Of a stretch of DNA of 64,000 nucleotides, positions 1-9,195 are shown in pieces. Location: NCBI GenBank assembly GCA_963822965.1, contig CAWGJT010000006.1, positions 904,609 to 968,608 on the forward strand, in the 5' to 3' direction. Origin of the DNA: an uncultured delta proteobacterium (lineage in GTDB: Bacteria; Myxococcota_A; UBA9160; UBA4427). Under the pieces are notes generated by a model. It saw nothing but the letters and a program-made list of their open reading frames with translations, was not told where the DNA came from and ran no database searches. The translations under genes and the position numbers were made by a program. The number at the start of each line of letters is the position of its first letter. Positions within the stretch are counted from its first letter, which is position 1.

Positions 1-247
1 GCCCGAAGCCACGTCGCATCGCGACGCCTTCGGGCACGGCCGACTCCCGCATCCCCCCACCATCTCCCTACGAACCTTCGGCCAGCAACGTCAGGAGCTG
101 GCACGTTCTTGCGGGTACGCTGGCGAGAGCCCGGATGTCGGGTCTCGCATTCGCCGGTCCGTTGGTTGGATTCCTCCCGCGAGGGCTCGCGGTGTATGTC
201 TTCCCCCCTGTGTGTTTCTGGGTCTCTTGGTTCCGACGCGCGGCGGG

Positions 248-514
248 TCAGCGCCGCAGCCCCAGACGCTCGACCAGCGCCTGATAGCGCTCGTAGTCGT
301 TGGCCGCGAGGTAGTCGAGCAAGCGCCGGCGACGGCTCACGATCTTGAAGAGTCCGCGCCGGGAGTGATGATCCTGCTTGTGCACCTTGAAGTGCTCGGA
401 GAGCTCGGAGAGCCGCTCGGTCAGCAGCGCCACCTGCACCTCCGTCGAGCCGGTGTCCGCGTCGCCGCGCTTGAAGTCCTCGATGACGCGCTTCTTCTTG
501 TCGGCAGAAATCAA
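248..514 (-). CDS. rpsO: 30S ribosomal protein S15
   Basis: [16 protein letters not shown]...[11 protein letters not shown]...LGLRR S15 signature; TTG start; lies downstream of truB. Confidence 0.98.
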   Translation of the reverse strand: MISADKKKRVIEDFKRGDADTGSTEVQVALLTERLSELSEHFKVHKQDHHSRRGLFKIVSRRRRLLDYLAANDYERYQALVERLGLRR

Positions 515-675
515 CTCTGCTTCCTCTGTTTTTTCTCGTGTCTTTCCGGGTGGGGGGCCGGATCGTCTTGCTCGATTCCGGCGGACCCACGGGAGGGACC
601 GAACGCGCAGGTGCCGTTCTGGATTCTTGGAGCCGCAGGATCGAACCGGGGGTCCCGCGGGGTATGGAGCGGCAG

Positions 676-704
676 AGTGTTACAGAGGGCCCCGACCCTG
701 GCAA
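676..704 (-). promoter_or_regulatory. Putative sigma70 promoter for rpsO
   Basis: Minus strand TTGCCA (704-699), 17-nt spacer, TGt-AACACT (681-676); would give a ~155-nt leader. Confidence 0.4.
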
Positions 705-794
705 TGGGTGCGAGAGGCGGACCCGCTGCACGCCGGCTTTTCACCTCACGGCGGGGGCGCGGGTCCCTGATGCCCGGGGCACGGGCCCCCGTGC

Positions 795-1724
795 TCAGGT
801 CGCGCGCAGCACGCGCAGGGGCCAGAGGCGCCGGTCCGCCCGCAGCTCCACGAGGGCCACGCAGTCGCCCGCCTCGTCCTTGGCGATGGCCCGCGTGCCC
901 GGCATGCGGCGGAACTCCGAGCCCGGCGAGACGTCGCCACCGTTGCAGAGGCGGCGGACGGACTCGGCCCGCAGGCGGATCTCGTCGATGCCCAGGGCTT
1001 CGTCCGGCGGGATCAGCAGGGCGTCCTGCTTCTCGGACAGGGCCTCCTGCTCGAGCTGCTCGAGGGTGACCGCCTGCTGGATCGAGAAGGGCCCGCTCCT
1101 TAGCCGCCGCAGGCTCTGCAGCAGGGCGCCGCAGCCGAGGCGGGCACCCAGATCGGCGGCGAGGGTGCGGACGTAGGTCCCCGGACCGCAAGCCACGGAG
1201 ATCTCGGCGTCCGGCGGCTCGAAGCGCAGCAGCTCGATCCGCTCGATGGTGACCTTCTTCGGGTCGCGCTCGACCTCCTCGCCACGTCGCGCGAGACGGT
1301 GGAGCGGCACGCCGTCCTTCTTGACCGCGCTGAACATGGGCGGGATCTGCCAGGTCTCGCCGACGAAGCTCTCGAGCGCCGCGCGCACCCGGGCCTCGTC
1401 CGGAAGCTCCCCCTCGAACGTGCGCAGCACCTTGCCCTGGGCGTCGAGGGTGTCGGTCTCGATTCCGAAGCGCACGGTGCCCACGTAGACCTTCTGCATG
1501 GGCGGCAGAAAGGGCACGAGCTTGGTCGCTTCGCGGATCGCGAGGGGCAGCACGCCCGTCGCCTGGGGATCGAGGGTGCCCAGGTGACCGACACGGCGCG
1601 TTCCGAAGAGCCGCCGCGCCTCGTCCACCACGTCATGGGACGTGCGTCCCGGCGGCTTGTCCACTACCAGGAAGCCCGCCGGTCCCTTGCGCTCCGCCCG
1701 TCGCGTACGGCGCCGGCTCGTCAT
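795..1724 (-). CDS. truB: tRNA pseudouridine(55) synthase TruB
   Basis: DKPPGRTSHDVV, VGHLGTLDPQATGVL, PPMFSAVK, CGPGTYVRTLA. Confidence 0.97.
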   Translation of the reverse strand: MTSRRRTRRAERKGPAGFLVVDKPPGRTSHDVVDEARRLFGTRRVGHLGTLDPQATGVLPLAIREATKLVPFLPPMQKVYVGTVRFGIETDTLDAQGKVLRTFEGELPDEARVRAALESFVGETWQIPPMFSAVKKDGVPLHRLARRGEEVERDPKKVTIERIELLRFEPPDAEISVACGPGTYVRTLAADLGARLGCGALLQSLRRLRSGPFSIQQAVTLEQLEQEALSEKQDALLIPPDEALGIDEIRLRAESVRRLCNGGDVSPGSEFRRMPGTRAIAKDEAGDCVALVELRADRRLWPLRVLRAT

Positions 1725-1726
1725 CT

Positions 1727-2083
1727 TCAGCCCCGCCTCTTCTCTTCCAGCTCGCGCAGCAACGCCAGGGTCTCCGCCCCCAACGCCAGGGAGGGGTCGT
1801 GGCGGAAGCGCAGCTCGGGGGTGCGTCGCAGGCTCAGCTCCTGGGCCAACCGCCGGCGCAGGAATCCCGCGGCGCTGGCGAGCCCCTCTTCCACCTGCTC
1901 GAGGTCCTCCGGCGCATCACCCTCGAGCGAGCTCCAGTGGACGCCGGCGGTCGAGAGATCGGGTGCCACCTCCACGCGGGTCAGGCTGACCATCCCGACG
2001 CGGGGATCGCTGACCTCGTCCCGCAGCAGGCGGGACAGCTCGCGCCGGATCTCCTCGCCGATCCGTTCCGTGCGGACGCTCAC
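1727..2083 (-). CDS. rbfA: Ribosome-binding factor A
   Basis: GTG at 2083 with AGGAG RBS; RTERIGEEIRRELSRLL...DPR...LRRTPELRFRHD. Confidence 0.95.
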   Translation of the reverse strand: MSVRTERIGEEIRRELSRLLRDEVSDPRVGMVSLTRVEVAPDLSTAGVHWSSLEGDAPEDLEQVEEGLASAAGFLRRRLAQELSLRRTPELRFRHDPSLALGAETLALLRELEEKRRG

Positions 2084-2094
2084 GCCGTATCTCC

Positions 2095-2394
2095 TCAGAC
2101 CTCTTCCGGCAGATCGAGCATCTCGACCTCGCAGGCCGTCACCTCGGCCAGATGCAGGTCTTCGATGAATTCCAGCGCCTTCTCGAGCTCCCGCCGCAAG
2201 AGGCGGGCGTCGGAGCCCACGTTCGACAGCCCGATCACCGCGTGCTGCCAGGTGCCCTGGCCGCCGACCTCGGCCGCCGAGACGTTGAAGCGGTTGCGCA
2301 CCCGTTGGATGATGGAGCGGACCACGCCCCGCTTCTGCTTGAGGGAGTGCGAGCCGTGGACGTGGATCTCGACGATCGCTGCCCCGACCGTCAT
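2095..2394 (-). CDS. DUF503 (YlxP-like) protein
   Basis: SHSLKQKRGVVRSII...FNVSAAEV; conserved position between infB and rbfA. Confidence 0.9.
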   Translation of the reverse strand: MTVGAAIVEIHVHGSHSLKQKRGVVRSIIQRVRNRFNVSAAEVGGQGTWQHAVIGLSNVGSDARLLRRELEKALEFIEDLHLAEVTACEVEMLDLPEEV

Positions 2395-2419
2395 GCAAGG
2401 GGCCCTGCCGCCGCTCGGA

Positions 2420-4891
2420 TCAGAGCGTCGCCGCCTCTTCCTTGAGCTCGAAGGCCTCGATGACGTCGCCCTCCTTCACGTCGTTGTAGCCCTCGATTCC
2501 GATGCCGCACTCGAAGCCCGTCTTCACCTCGCTGGCGTCGTCCTTGAAGCGCCGCAGCGAGCTGATGCGCCCCTCGTAGATCTGGATGCCGTCGCGAATC
2601 AGGCGGCAGTGGGCGTTCCGCTTGATCGAGCCGTCCGTCACGTAGGAGCCCGCGATCATGCCGACGCGCGGGATCGTGAAGGGCTGGCGCACCTCCGCGC
2701 GCCCCAGGGTCACCTCGGTGACCTTGGGCGGCAGCAGACCCGCCATCGCCGCCCGCACGTCGTCGAGCAGCTCGTAGATGATCGTGTAGGTGCGGATCTC
2801 GATGCCCTGCTCCTCGGCGGCGCTGCGGGCGGCCGGGTCCGGGCGCGAGTGGAATCCGACGACGATGGCGTCGCTCGCCTTGGCGAAGGTGACGTCGTTC
2901 TCGGTGATGCCGCCGACCCCCGTCGAGATGACCTTCAGGCGCACCTTGTCGGTGGACATCTTCTCGAGGGCGTCCTGGACGGCCTCGCAGGTGCCCTGGA
3001 CGTCCGCCTTCAGGATGACGGGGAGCTCCTTCTGCTCGTCGCCTTCGGCGCGCGCGAAGAACTCCTCGAGGGTGAGCTTCGGCGCGGCGGCGGCCGGGCG
3101 GGAGCGCTCCTGGTCCTCGCGGTGGTCGACGATGCGCTTGGCGACGCGTTCGCTCTCCACCACGTTGAAGGACGCTCCGGCGCTGGGAACCCCGGACAGG
3201 CCCATCACCTGGACGGGTACCGACGGGCCGGCCTCGGTCACGCGCTCGCCCTTGTCGTTCTCCATCGTGCGGACCCGGCCCCACTCGGTCTCGCACACGA
3301 CGACGTCCCCCGTGCGCAGGGTTCCCTCCTGCACGAGCACCGTCGCGACCGGCCCCCGTCCCTTGCTGAGCTCGGCTTCGAGCACGACCCCCCGGGCTCG
3401 CAGGTTGGGATCTGCCTTCAGCTCGAGCACCTCGGCCTGCAGCGAGAGCATCTCGAGCAGCTGCTCGAGGCCCTGGCCGGTCTTCGCCGAGACGTCCACG
3501 AAGATGGTGTCGCCGCCGAACTCCTCCGAGATGAGGTCGTACTCCATCATGCGCTGCCGGGTCTGCTTGGGATCGGCGCCGGGCAGGTCGCACTTGTTGA
3601 CCGCCACCACGATGGGACAGCCCGCGGCGCGCGCGTGCTGAATCGCCTCCACGGTCTGGGGCATCACGCCCTCGGTCGCTGCCACGACGAGGATCACGAT
3701 GTCGGTGATCGCCGCGCCCCGGGCCCGCATCTGGGTGAACGCGGCGTGGCCCGGCGTGTCGATGAACGTGAGCGGCGAGTTGCCCGCATTCACCTGGTAG
3801 GCACCGATGTGCTGGGTGATGCCGCCGGCCTCTCCAGAGACGACGCTCGTCTTGCGAATGGCGTCGAGGATCGACGTCTTCCCGTGGTCGACGTGACCCA
3901 TCACGGTGATGACCGGCGACCGCGGCTCGAGGGCCTTGGCGGCCTCCTCCTCGCCCTCCGCGCCGGCTCCCTCGAAGAACTCCTCCTCCTTGAAGCCCGT
4001 GTCCTGCACCTCGAAGCCCAGCTCGCCGGCGACCTTCTCGCTGGTCTCGACGTCCACCATCTGGTTCACGGAGACCATGATGCCGAGCGCCATCAGCTTG
4101 CCCTGGATGACGGGCGCCTTGGCGCCGAGCAGCTTCGCGAGCTCGCCCACGCTGATCTCGCCGGGAACCCGGATCATCTTCTGCTGCTTCGCCTGCGCGC
4201 TCGACGGATTGGCGGCGGCGGGCTTGTTGAGCTTGTCCCGGCGCCGGCTACGCGGATTCACCACGGTGCGGGGGGTCACCACGGGCGGGCGGCGCCTGAC
4301 GACGCCGCGCCCGGCGTACTGCAGCTTCACCTGATCCTGCTCGCGCAGGTTCACCACCTCGCGTACGCGCTTCCGCTGCTTGCCCTTGCGGTCCGGGGGC
4401 TCCTCGCCACCGGGGGTGCCGGGGCGCTTGCGGGCCGCGGGCGCGGCGGTTTCCTCGCCTGCCGCCGGCGTGCGGGCCGGGACGACCGGAGCCACCGACT
4501 CCTCGACGACGGGCTCGGGGGTCGGCGCCTCGAGCTCGGCGGGCTGCTCGCCCAACGCCTCCTCGGCGGACTCGGGCGAAGGCGCCTCTGCGACCTCTTC
4601 GGCGACCACCGGCTCGGGCTTGGCGGGCTCCGGCGGCGGCTTCACCACCTTCTTGCGACGCCGTCGCAGGATGGTGGAGCCTTCCTTGCCTTCCACCCGA
4701 TGCTCGTCGATCCGAGTCTTGTCGGTGGACGGCGCGCCGAGCTTGGAGCGCAGCAGCTCCACCTGCTCGGGCTCGAGCGCCGCCATCGGGTTCTTGAGCT
4801 CGACGCCTTCCGCCGCCGCGCGCTCGACGAACTCGTTCCGATCGATTCCGAGCTCTTCTGCGAGCTTGTATGCCCTGACCTTCGCCGCCAC
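2420..4891 (-). CDS. infB: Translation initiation factor IF-2
   Basis: [33 protein letters not shown]-terminal GFECGIGI. Confidence 0.99.
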   Translation of the reverse strand: MAAKVRAYKLAEELGIDRNEFVERAAAEGVELKNPMAALEPEQVELLRSKLGAPSTDKTRIDEHRVEGKEGSTILRRRRKKVVKPPPEPAKPEPVVAEEVAEAPSPESAEEALGEQPAELEAPTPEPVVEESVAPVVPARTPAAGEETAAPAARKRPGTPGGEEPPDRKGKQRKRVREVVNLREQDQVKLQYAGRGVVRRRPPVVTPRTVVNPRSRRRDKLNKPAAANPSSAQAKQQKMIRVPGEISVGELAKLLGAKAPVIQGKLMALGIMVSVNQMVDVETSEKVAGELGFEVQDTGFKEEEFFEGAGAEGEEEAAKALEPRSPVITVMGHVDHGKTSILDAIRKTSVVSGEAGGITQHIGAYQVNAGNSPLTFIDTPGHAAFTQMRARGAAITDIVILVVAATEGVMPQTVEAIQHARAAGCPIVVAVNKCDLPGADPKQTRQRMMEYDLISEEFGGDTIFVDVSAKTGQGLEQLLEMLSLQAEVLELKADPNLRARGVVLEAELSKGRGPVATVLVQEGTLRTGDVVVCETEWGRVRTMENDKGERVTEAGPSVPVQVMGLSGVPSAGASFNVVESERVAKRIVDHREDQERSRPAAAAPKLTLEEFFARAEGDEQKELPVILKADVQGTCEAVQDALEKMSTDKVRLKVISTGVGGITENDVTFAKASDAIVVGFHSRPDPAARSAAEEQGIEIRTYTIIYELLDDVRAAMAGLLPPKVTEVTLGRAEVRQPFTIPRVGMIAGSYVTDGSIKRNAHCRLIRDGIQIYEGRISSLRRFKDDASEVKTGFECGIGIEGYNDVKEGDVIEAFELKEEAATL

Positions 4892-4896
4892 GGGTT

Positions 4897-6329
4897 CTAC
4901 TCCACCTTCTCCTGGACCGCTTCGGAGCCTGCGGGCTCCGCCCCTGCCGCAGCCGGCTCACCCTCGACGTCGGGAGCCGCTTCTTCCGCACCTGCGGAGC
5001 CCGCCTCGGCCGCAGCCGCCTCTTCTCGGGCGCGGTTCTCCGCTTCCTCGGCCTCCCGCCGGGCACGCTCGGCTTCTTCTTCGCGCTTGCGCACGGCCAG
5101 CTCGACCGCGCGCCGCTGGATCGCGGTCGCGCCCGCGTCGTCGATGCCCGGCAGCGCCGTCAGCAGGTCGAGGGGACACTCGGCGAGATCTTCGAGCGAG
5201 GTGATGCCCTGCTGGAGCAGCAGCTCCGCCTCGGGCTCGCCGCAGCTCTCGACCACCGACACGGCCTCGGCGAGCCACTGCGCGATCTCGCGCATCTTCG
5301 ACTCGCTCTTGATGTCGATCTTCCAGCCCGTGAGCTGCACGGCCAGGCGCACGTTCTGCCCGCGCCGCCCGATCGCCAGCGAGAGCTGGTCGTCCGGCAC
5401 GATCACGTCCATCGACTTCTGGGCCTCGTCGATGATCACCTTCGACACCTGTGCGGGCGAAAGGGCGCTGCACACGTAGCGCGCGGCATCCGGGCTCCAC
5501 GGGACGATGTCGATGCGCTCGCCCCGCAGCTCCTGCACGACGGCCTGCACCCGGCTGCCCTTCATGCCCACGCAGGCACCCACGGGATCGACGTCGCTGT
5601 CCCGGGAGGCCACCGCGATCTTCGAGCGTCCGCCCGGCTCGCGGGCGGCCGATTCGATGGACACGATCTTCTCGTACATCTCGGGCACTTCCTGCTCGAA
5701 GAGCTTCGTGAGCATCTCGATGCAGGCCCGGGACAGCACGATCTGCGGTCCCTTCGAGACCCGGTTCACCTCCAGCACATAGGCCCGCATGCCGGTCTCC
5801 CGGGCGGTAGCTCTCCCGCGGGCACCTGCTCCTTGGGCGGGAGCACCGCCTCGGCGCGACCGAGGTCGACGATGATCGAGCCCTTCTCGAAGCGCCGGAC
5901 GATGCCGTTCACGATCTCGCCCTGGCGGTCGCGGTACTCCTCGAACGTGTTGTCCCGTTCGGCGTCCCGGATGCGCTGGATGATCACCTGCTTGGCGGCC
6001 TGGGCGAGGATGCGGCCGAAGTCCGACGTGTCGATCTTGACGCCGATCTCGTCCCCGGGCTCCGCCTCCGGATCGTAGGTGCGCCGGGCGTCGACGAGCA
6101 GGATCTGGGCGTCCGGGTCGCTGACCTCCTCGACCACCTCGCGGAACTCGAACAGCTCGATCTCCCCCAGCTCGTCGTTGTAGCGGGCCTCGATCTCGCG
6201 TTCCTGGCCGTGGCGCTTGCGCGCGGCCTGCTTCATCGCCTCTTCGAGGGCGCTGATGATCTCACCAGAATCGATGCCCTTGTCCTTGGCGATCTGGTCG
6301 ATCTCTCGTTTCAGGTTCAAACCGAGCAT
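4897..6329 (-). CDS. nusA: Transcription factor NusA, interrupted by two apparent 1-nt insertions near 5792 and 5821
   Basis: N-terminal half ([22 protein letters not shown]) is in ORF 5766..6347; KH half ([39 protein letters not shown]) is in ORF 4897..5790; removing 2 nt restores [18 protein letters not shown]. Confidence 0.95.
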
Positions 6330-6343
6330 GGGGCTTCCGCCAG

Positions 6344-6862
6344 TCAACGATCATTGCCGCCCGATTTCCCGCCCGTCGCGGCGAAATCGGCACGGCTGAA
6401 CTGGTACATCGAGTTGGCCTTCTCGACGTCGGCGAAGGGGACCTCGAACGACTGGCCGTCCACGACCAGATGCACGATCCCGCTCTCGAAGTCGATCAAC
6501 CTCCCTTTGAACCGCCGTCGTCCGCCCACCGGACGCCGGGTCTTGAGCTTCACTTCCTGGCCGCACGCGGCGGCGAAATCCTTCTCGCGGGAGAGCATCC
6601 GATCGAGCCCCGGCGACGAGACCTCCAGGTTGTACGACCCGGGCATCGCGTCGTTCACGTCGAGCTGGGTGCCGATCTCGCGCGAGATCGCCGCACATCG
6701 CTCTACCGCGACCCGACCGTCTCCCTCCTTCCGATCGACCGTCACCCGGAGCACTCCGGCTCGCGCGCCGCCCTGTATCTCGACGTCGACGAGCTCGCAG
6801 TCGTGATCCTCGACGATCGGCTCGATCAGTCTCCTCAAGTCTTCGGGGATGTCCCGGTACAC
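6344..6862 (-). CDS. rimP: Ribosome maturation factor RimP
   Basis: YNLEVSSPGLDR motif; GTG at 6862 with a purine-rich RBS; first gene of the nusA-infB operon. Confidence 0.95.
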   Translation of the reverse strand: MYRDIPEDLRRLIEPIVEDHDCELVDVEIQGGARAGVLRVTVDRKEGDGRVAVERCAAISREIGTQLDVNDAMPGSYNLEVSSPGLDRMLSREKDFAAACGQEVKLKTRRPVGGRRRFKGRLIDFESGIVHLVVDGQSFEVPFADVEKANSMYQFSRADFAATGGKSGGNDR

Positions 6863-7021
6863 GCGACGCGTCCCCTTCCTCTCCGCACTCTCGTCTCTCT
6901 CGTCCCTGCCCTTCTCGTCTCCACTCGTCCGCTCTCGTCCCGTCTCGCGCTCTCCGCGCTCCGGCCCGTTCGTTCCGCTGCCGGGGCGCGCCCTTCCGGC
7001 GCGCCCGCCGAGCATGGGCCC

Positions 7022-7053
7022 AAAAAACAAAAAGCGGACGGCGCGTCCACTTT
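7022..7053 (-). terminator. Intrinsic terminator/attenuator in the rimP leader
   Basis: Minus strand AAAGTGGAC-GCGCC-GTCCGCTTT followed by TTGTTTTTT: 9-bp stem with one G-U pair plus a U tract. Confidence 0.75.
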
Positions 7054-7215
7054 CAGCGGGAGCCAGAAGCACCCGAACCGAGCAAGCTCATGACCTGCGA
7101 CACGCCCTGCCAGACACCCCGACACGCTTCGAAACGACCGCCAACACGGACCGCAAAGGACCTACAAGCGCAGCAGAGCCCCCGAGAGACCTTTCGGCCG
7201 CCCGTAAGCCCGCGC

Positions 7216-7244
7216 AACTTATACGAATTGGGCCGCGTTGGCAA
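7216..7244 (-). promoter_or_regulatory. Putative sigma70 promoter for the rimP operon
   Basis: Minus strand TTGCCA (7244-7239), 17 nt, TAAGTT (7221-7216); just downstream of the pyrD stop. Confidence 0.55.
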
Positions 7245-7258
7245 ACGCTTTCCGCCGG

Positions 7259-8187
7259 CTACCAGGACTCGAGGGCCCCGGTCAGGTCCGCCACCCGCGG
7301 GAACCCGTGCCGGAGGGCATATTCGGCGATGCCGTCGGCGATACGGGCGGCGACGTGGGGGTCCAGATAGTTGGCCGTTCCCACCTGGATCGCGGTTGCC
7401 CCGCACAGCAGGAACTTGACCGCATCCTCGGCGGTCATGATGCCCCCGATGCCACAGATGGGGATCTTCACCGCCTGGGCGGCCTGCCAGACCATGCGCA
7501 GCGCGATCGGCCGGATGGCGGGGCCGGAGAGCCCGCCCAGGCCGTTGCGGAGCACCGGACGGCGCCGCTCCACGTCTACGTCGAACGCCTGCACCGCGTT
7601 GACGAGGCTGACGCCGTCGGCCCCGTTCTCCTCGCACACCCGGGCCATCTCCGCGATGCTCGTCACGTTCGGGGAGAGCTTCACCAGCAGGGGCTTGCGG
7701 GTCGCCGCCCGGACCGTGCGGACCAGCTCCGCGAGCACCCGCGGATCCTGCCCGAACTCGATGCCGCCGCTCTTCACGTGGGGACACGAGGCGTTGACCT
7801 CGATGCCTGCGACCCGGGGCACCGATTCCAGGCGCTTGCACACCTCCGCGTACTGGTGCGGAGCCGTACCGAAGACGCTCGCGATCACCGTCACCGCCGC
7901 GGGCAGGGCCGGCAGCTTCTCCGTCACGAAGGCCTCGACGCCGACGTTCTCGAGGCTGATGGCGTTGAGCATGGCCGCGGGCGCCTCGGCGATCCGCGGG
8001 GGCGGGTTCCCGATCCGGGGCTCGGGCGTGAGGCTCTTGGCCACGAAGCCGCCGATGCGGCGTGAGATCGAGGAACGGGCGCGAGCTCGGTCCCGTAGCC
8101 GAAGGTGCCCGAGGCGGTCAGGACCGGATTGCGCAGCGCGATGCCCGCCAGGTCCACCCGGGTGTCCACCGCCGCCGGATCGCTCAC
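7259..8187 (-). CDS. pyrD: Dihydroorotate dehydrogenase family 1B catalytic subunit, frameshifted near 8058-8080
   Basis: LRNPVLTASGTFGYG in one frame; GGFVAKS, NASCPHVK, LVKLSPNVT, GGLSGPAIRP in another; removing two C restores ELAPFLDLTRIGGFVAKS; GTGA overlap with pyrK. Confidence 0.93.
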
Positions 8188-9009
8188 GGCAGCCCCTCCC
8201 AGCGGATCTCGGCCGCGTCGAAGACCGGCCCGTCGCGACAGACGAGCGCGATAGTCTCCGGCCGGACGGGGGGCCGCGCAGCCGAGGCAGACGCCGAAGC
8301 CGCAGGCCATGTGGTTCTCGAGGGAGACGACGCACGGGACGGACGCCTCGGCGGCCAGCTCCGCACAGCGCCGCATCATGGGCGTGGGGCCGCAGCTGTA
8401 GACCGCGGTGACGTCGCCGGCGGCCAGGATCTCGGCCAGGGGGCCGGTCACCAAGCCGGTCTCGCCCAGACTGCCGTCCTCGGTGGTGATTCGGAGCTCC
8501 ACGTCCAGGCCGCGGAAGTCGTCGGCGGCCATCAGGTCGTCCGCGCTGCGCGCCCCCAGGACGACGGTGCGGCGAGCGCCGGGCGGCGCCTGGGCGGCCA
8601 GACCGAAGAGGGAGGCCACGCCCGTGCCCCCACCCACGATGACGGCGTGCTCGCCGGGCGCGGGCAGCCGGAACGGACGGCCGAGAGGACCCACCACCCG
8701 TACGCGCTCCCCGGCGCGGGCCGCCGCGAGGAGGCTCGTGCCCCGGCCCTCCACCTTGTAGAGGATCTCGACCTCCGGCTGCGCGACGGTCTGCTGCCGG
8801 AACACCGCCATCGGCCGCGGCAGCAGGGGGTCGTCCCGGCGCACGCCCGAGAGCGCGCCCGGGGAGAGCATCACGAACTGGCCGGGCCGGGCGTCGGGCC
8901 ATCCCGGAACCTGCAGCCGCAACCGGTGGTTGGCCCCGCCCTCACGGCGATTCTCCAGGATCACCGCGTCGGCGCGGATTGCGGCCGTTGTGGGCGGAAT
9001 GGCTCTCAC
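8184..9009 (-). CDS. pyrK: Dihydroorotate dehydrogenase electron transfer subunit, frameshifted near 8250
   Basis: PGQFVML, LPRPMAV, VGGGTGVA, CGPTPMM, SLENHMACGFGVCLGC; the tail LVCRDGPVF is in another frame (ORF 8184..8366). Confidence 0.92.
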
Positions 9010-9122
9010 CCCATGGGAACCCCGGGCGGGGGACCGCCCGGGACGTCGAAGATGGCTCGGAGCAGTCTGGCAACTGCGCGAAAAACCTATTCAACCAGCC
9101 TGCCTTGCGCAACAGAGATTCA

Positions 9123-9149
9123 TCAAGGAGTCGCCCCGAAACGTCGAAG
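9123..9149 (+). promoter_or_regulatory. Putative sigma28-like promoter upstream of the giant TPR gene
   Basis: TCAAG-N15-GTCGAAG; same architecture as sites at 21644, 27841 and 58270. Confidence 0.45.
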
Positions 9150-9195
9150 AAGCGGAGCACGGGCCGTCCCAGGGTGGTGCCCGGAGGGGGAGCTG

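Noticed and set aside
1..247. Start of pnp downstream of rpsO
   Set aside because: No PNPase-like translation is visible within the window.
5787..5822. Programmed frameshifting in nusA or pyrD
   Set aside because: Two separate shifts within ~30 nt would be needed in each gene, and no slippery heptamer is present; sequencing error is simpler.
7054..7210. tRNA (metY-like) upstream of rimP
   Set aside because: No cloverleaf or T-loop/acceptor-stem pattern could be built.
8062..9195. N-terminal extensions in the ORF track (3037-aa TPR, 1202-aa kinase, 1602-aa GT, 980-aa hydratase)
   Set aside because: The extensions overlap other genes, and RBS-supported or overlap-coupled downstream starts exist.
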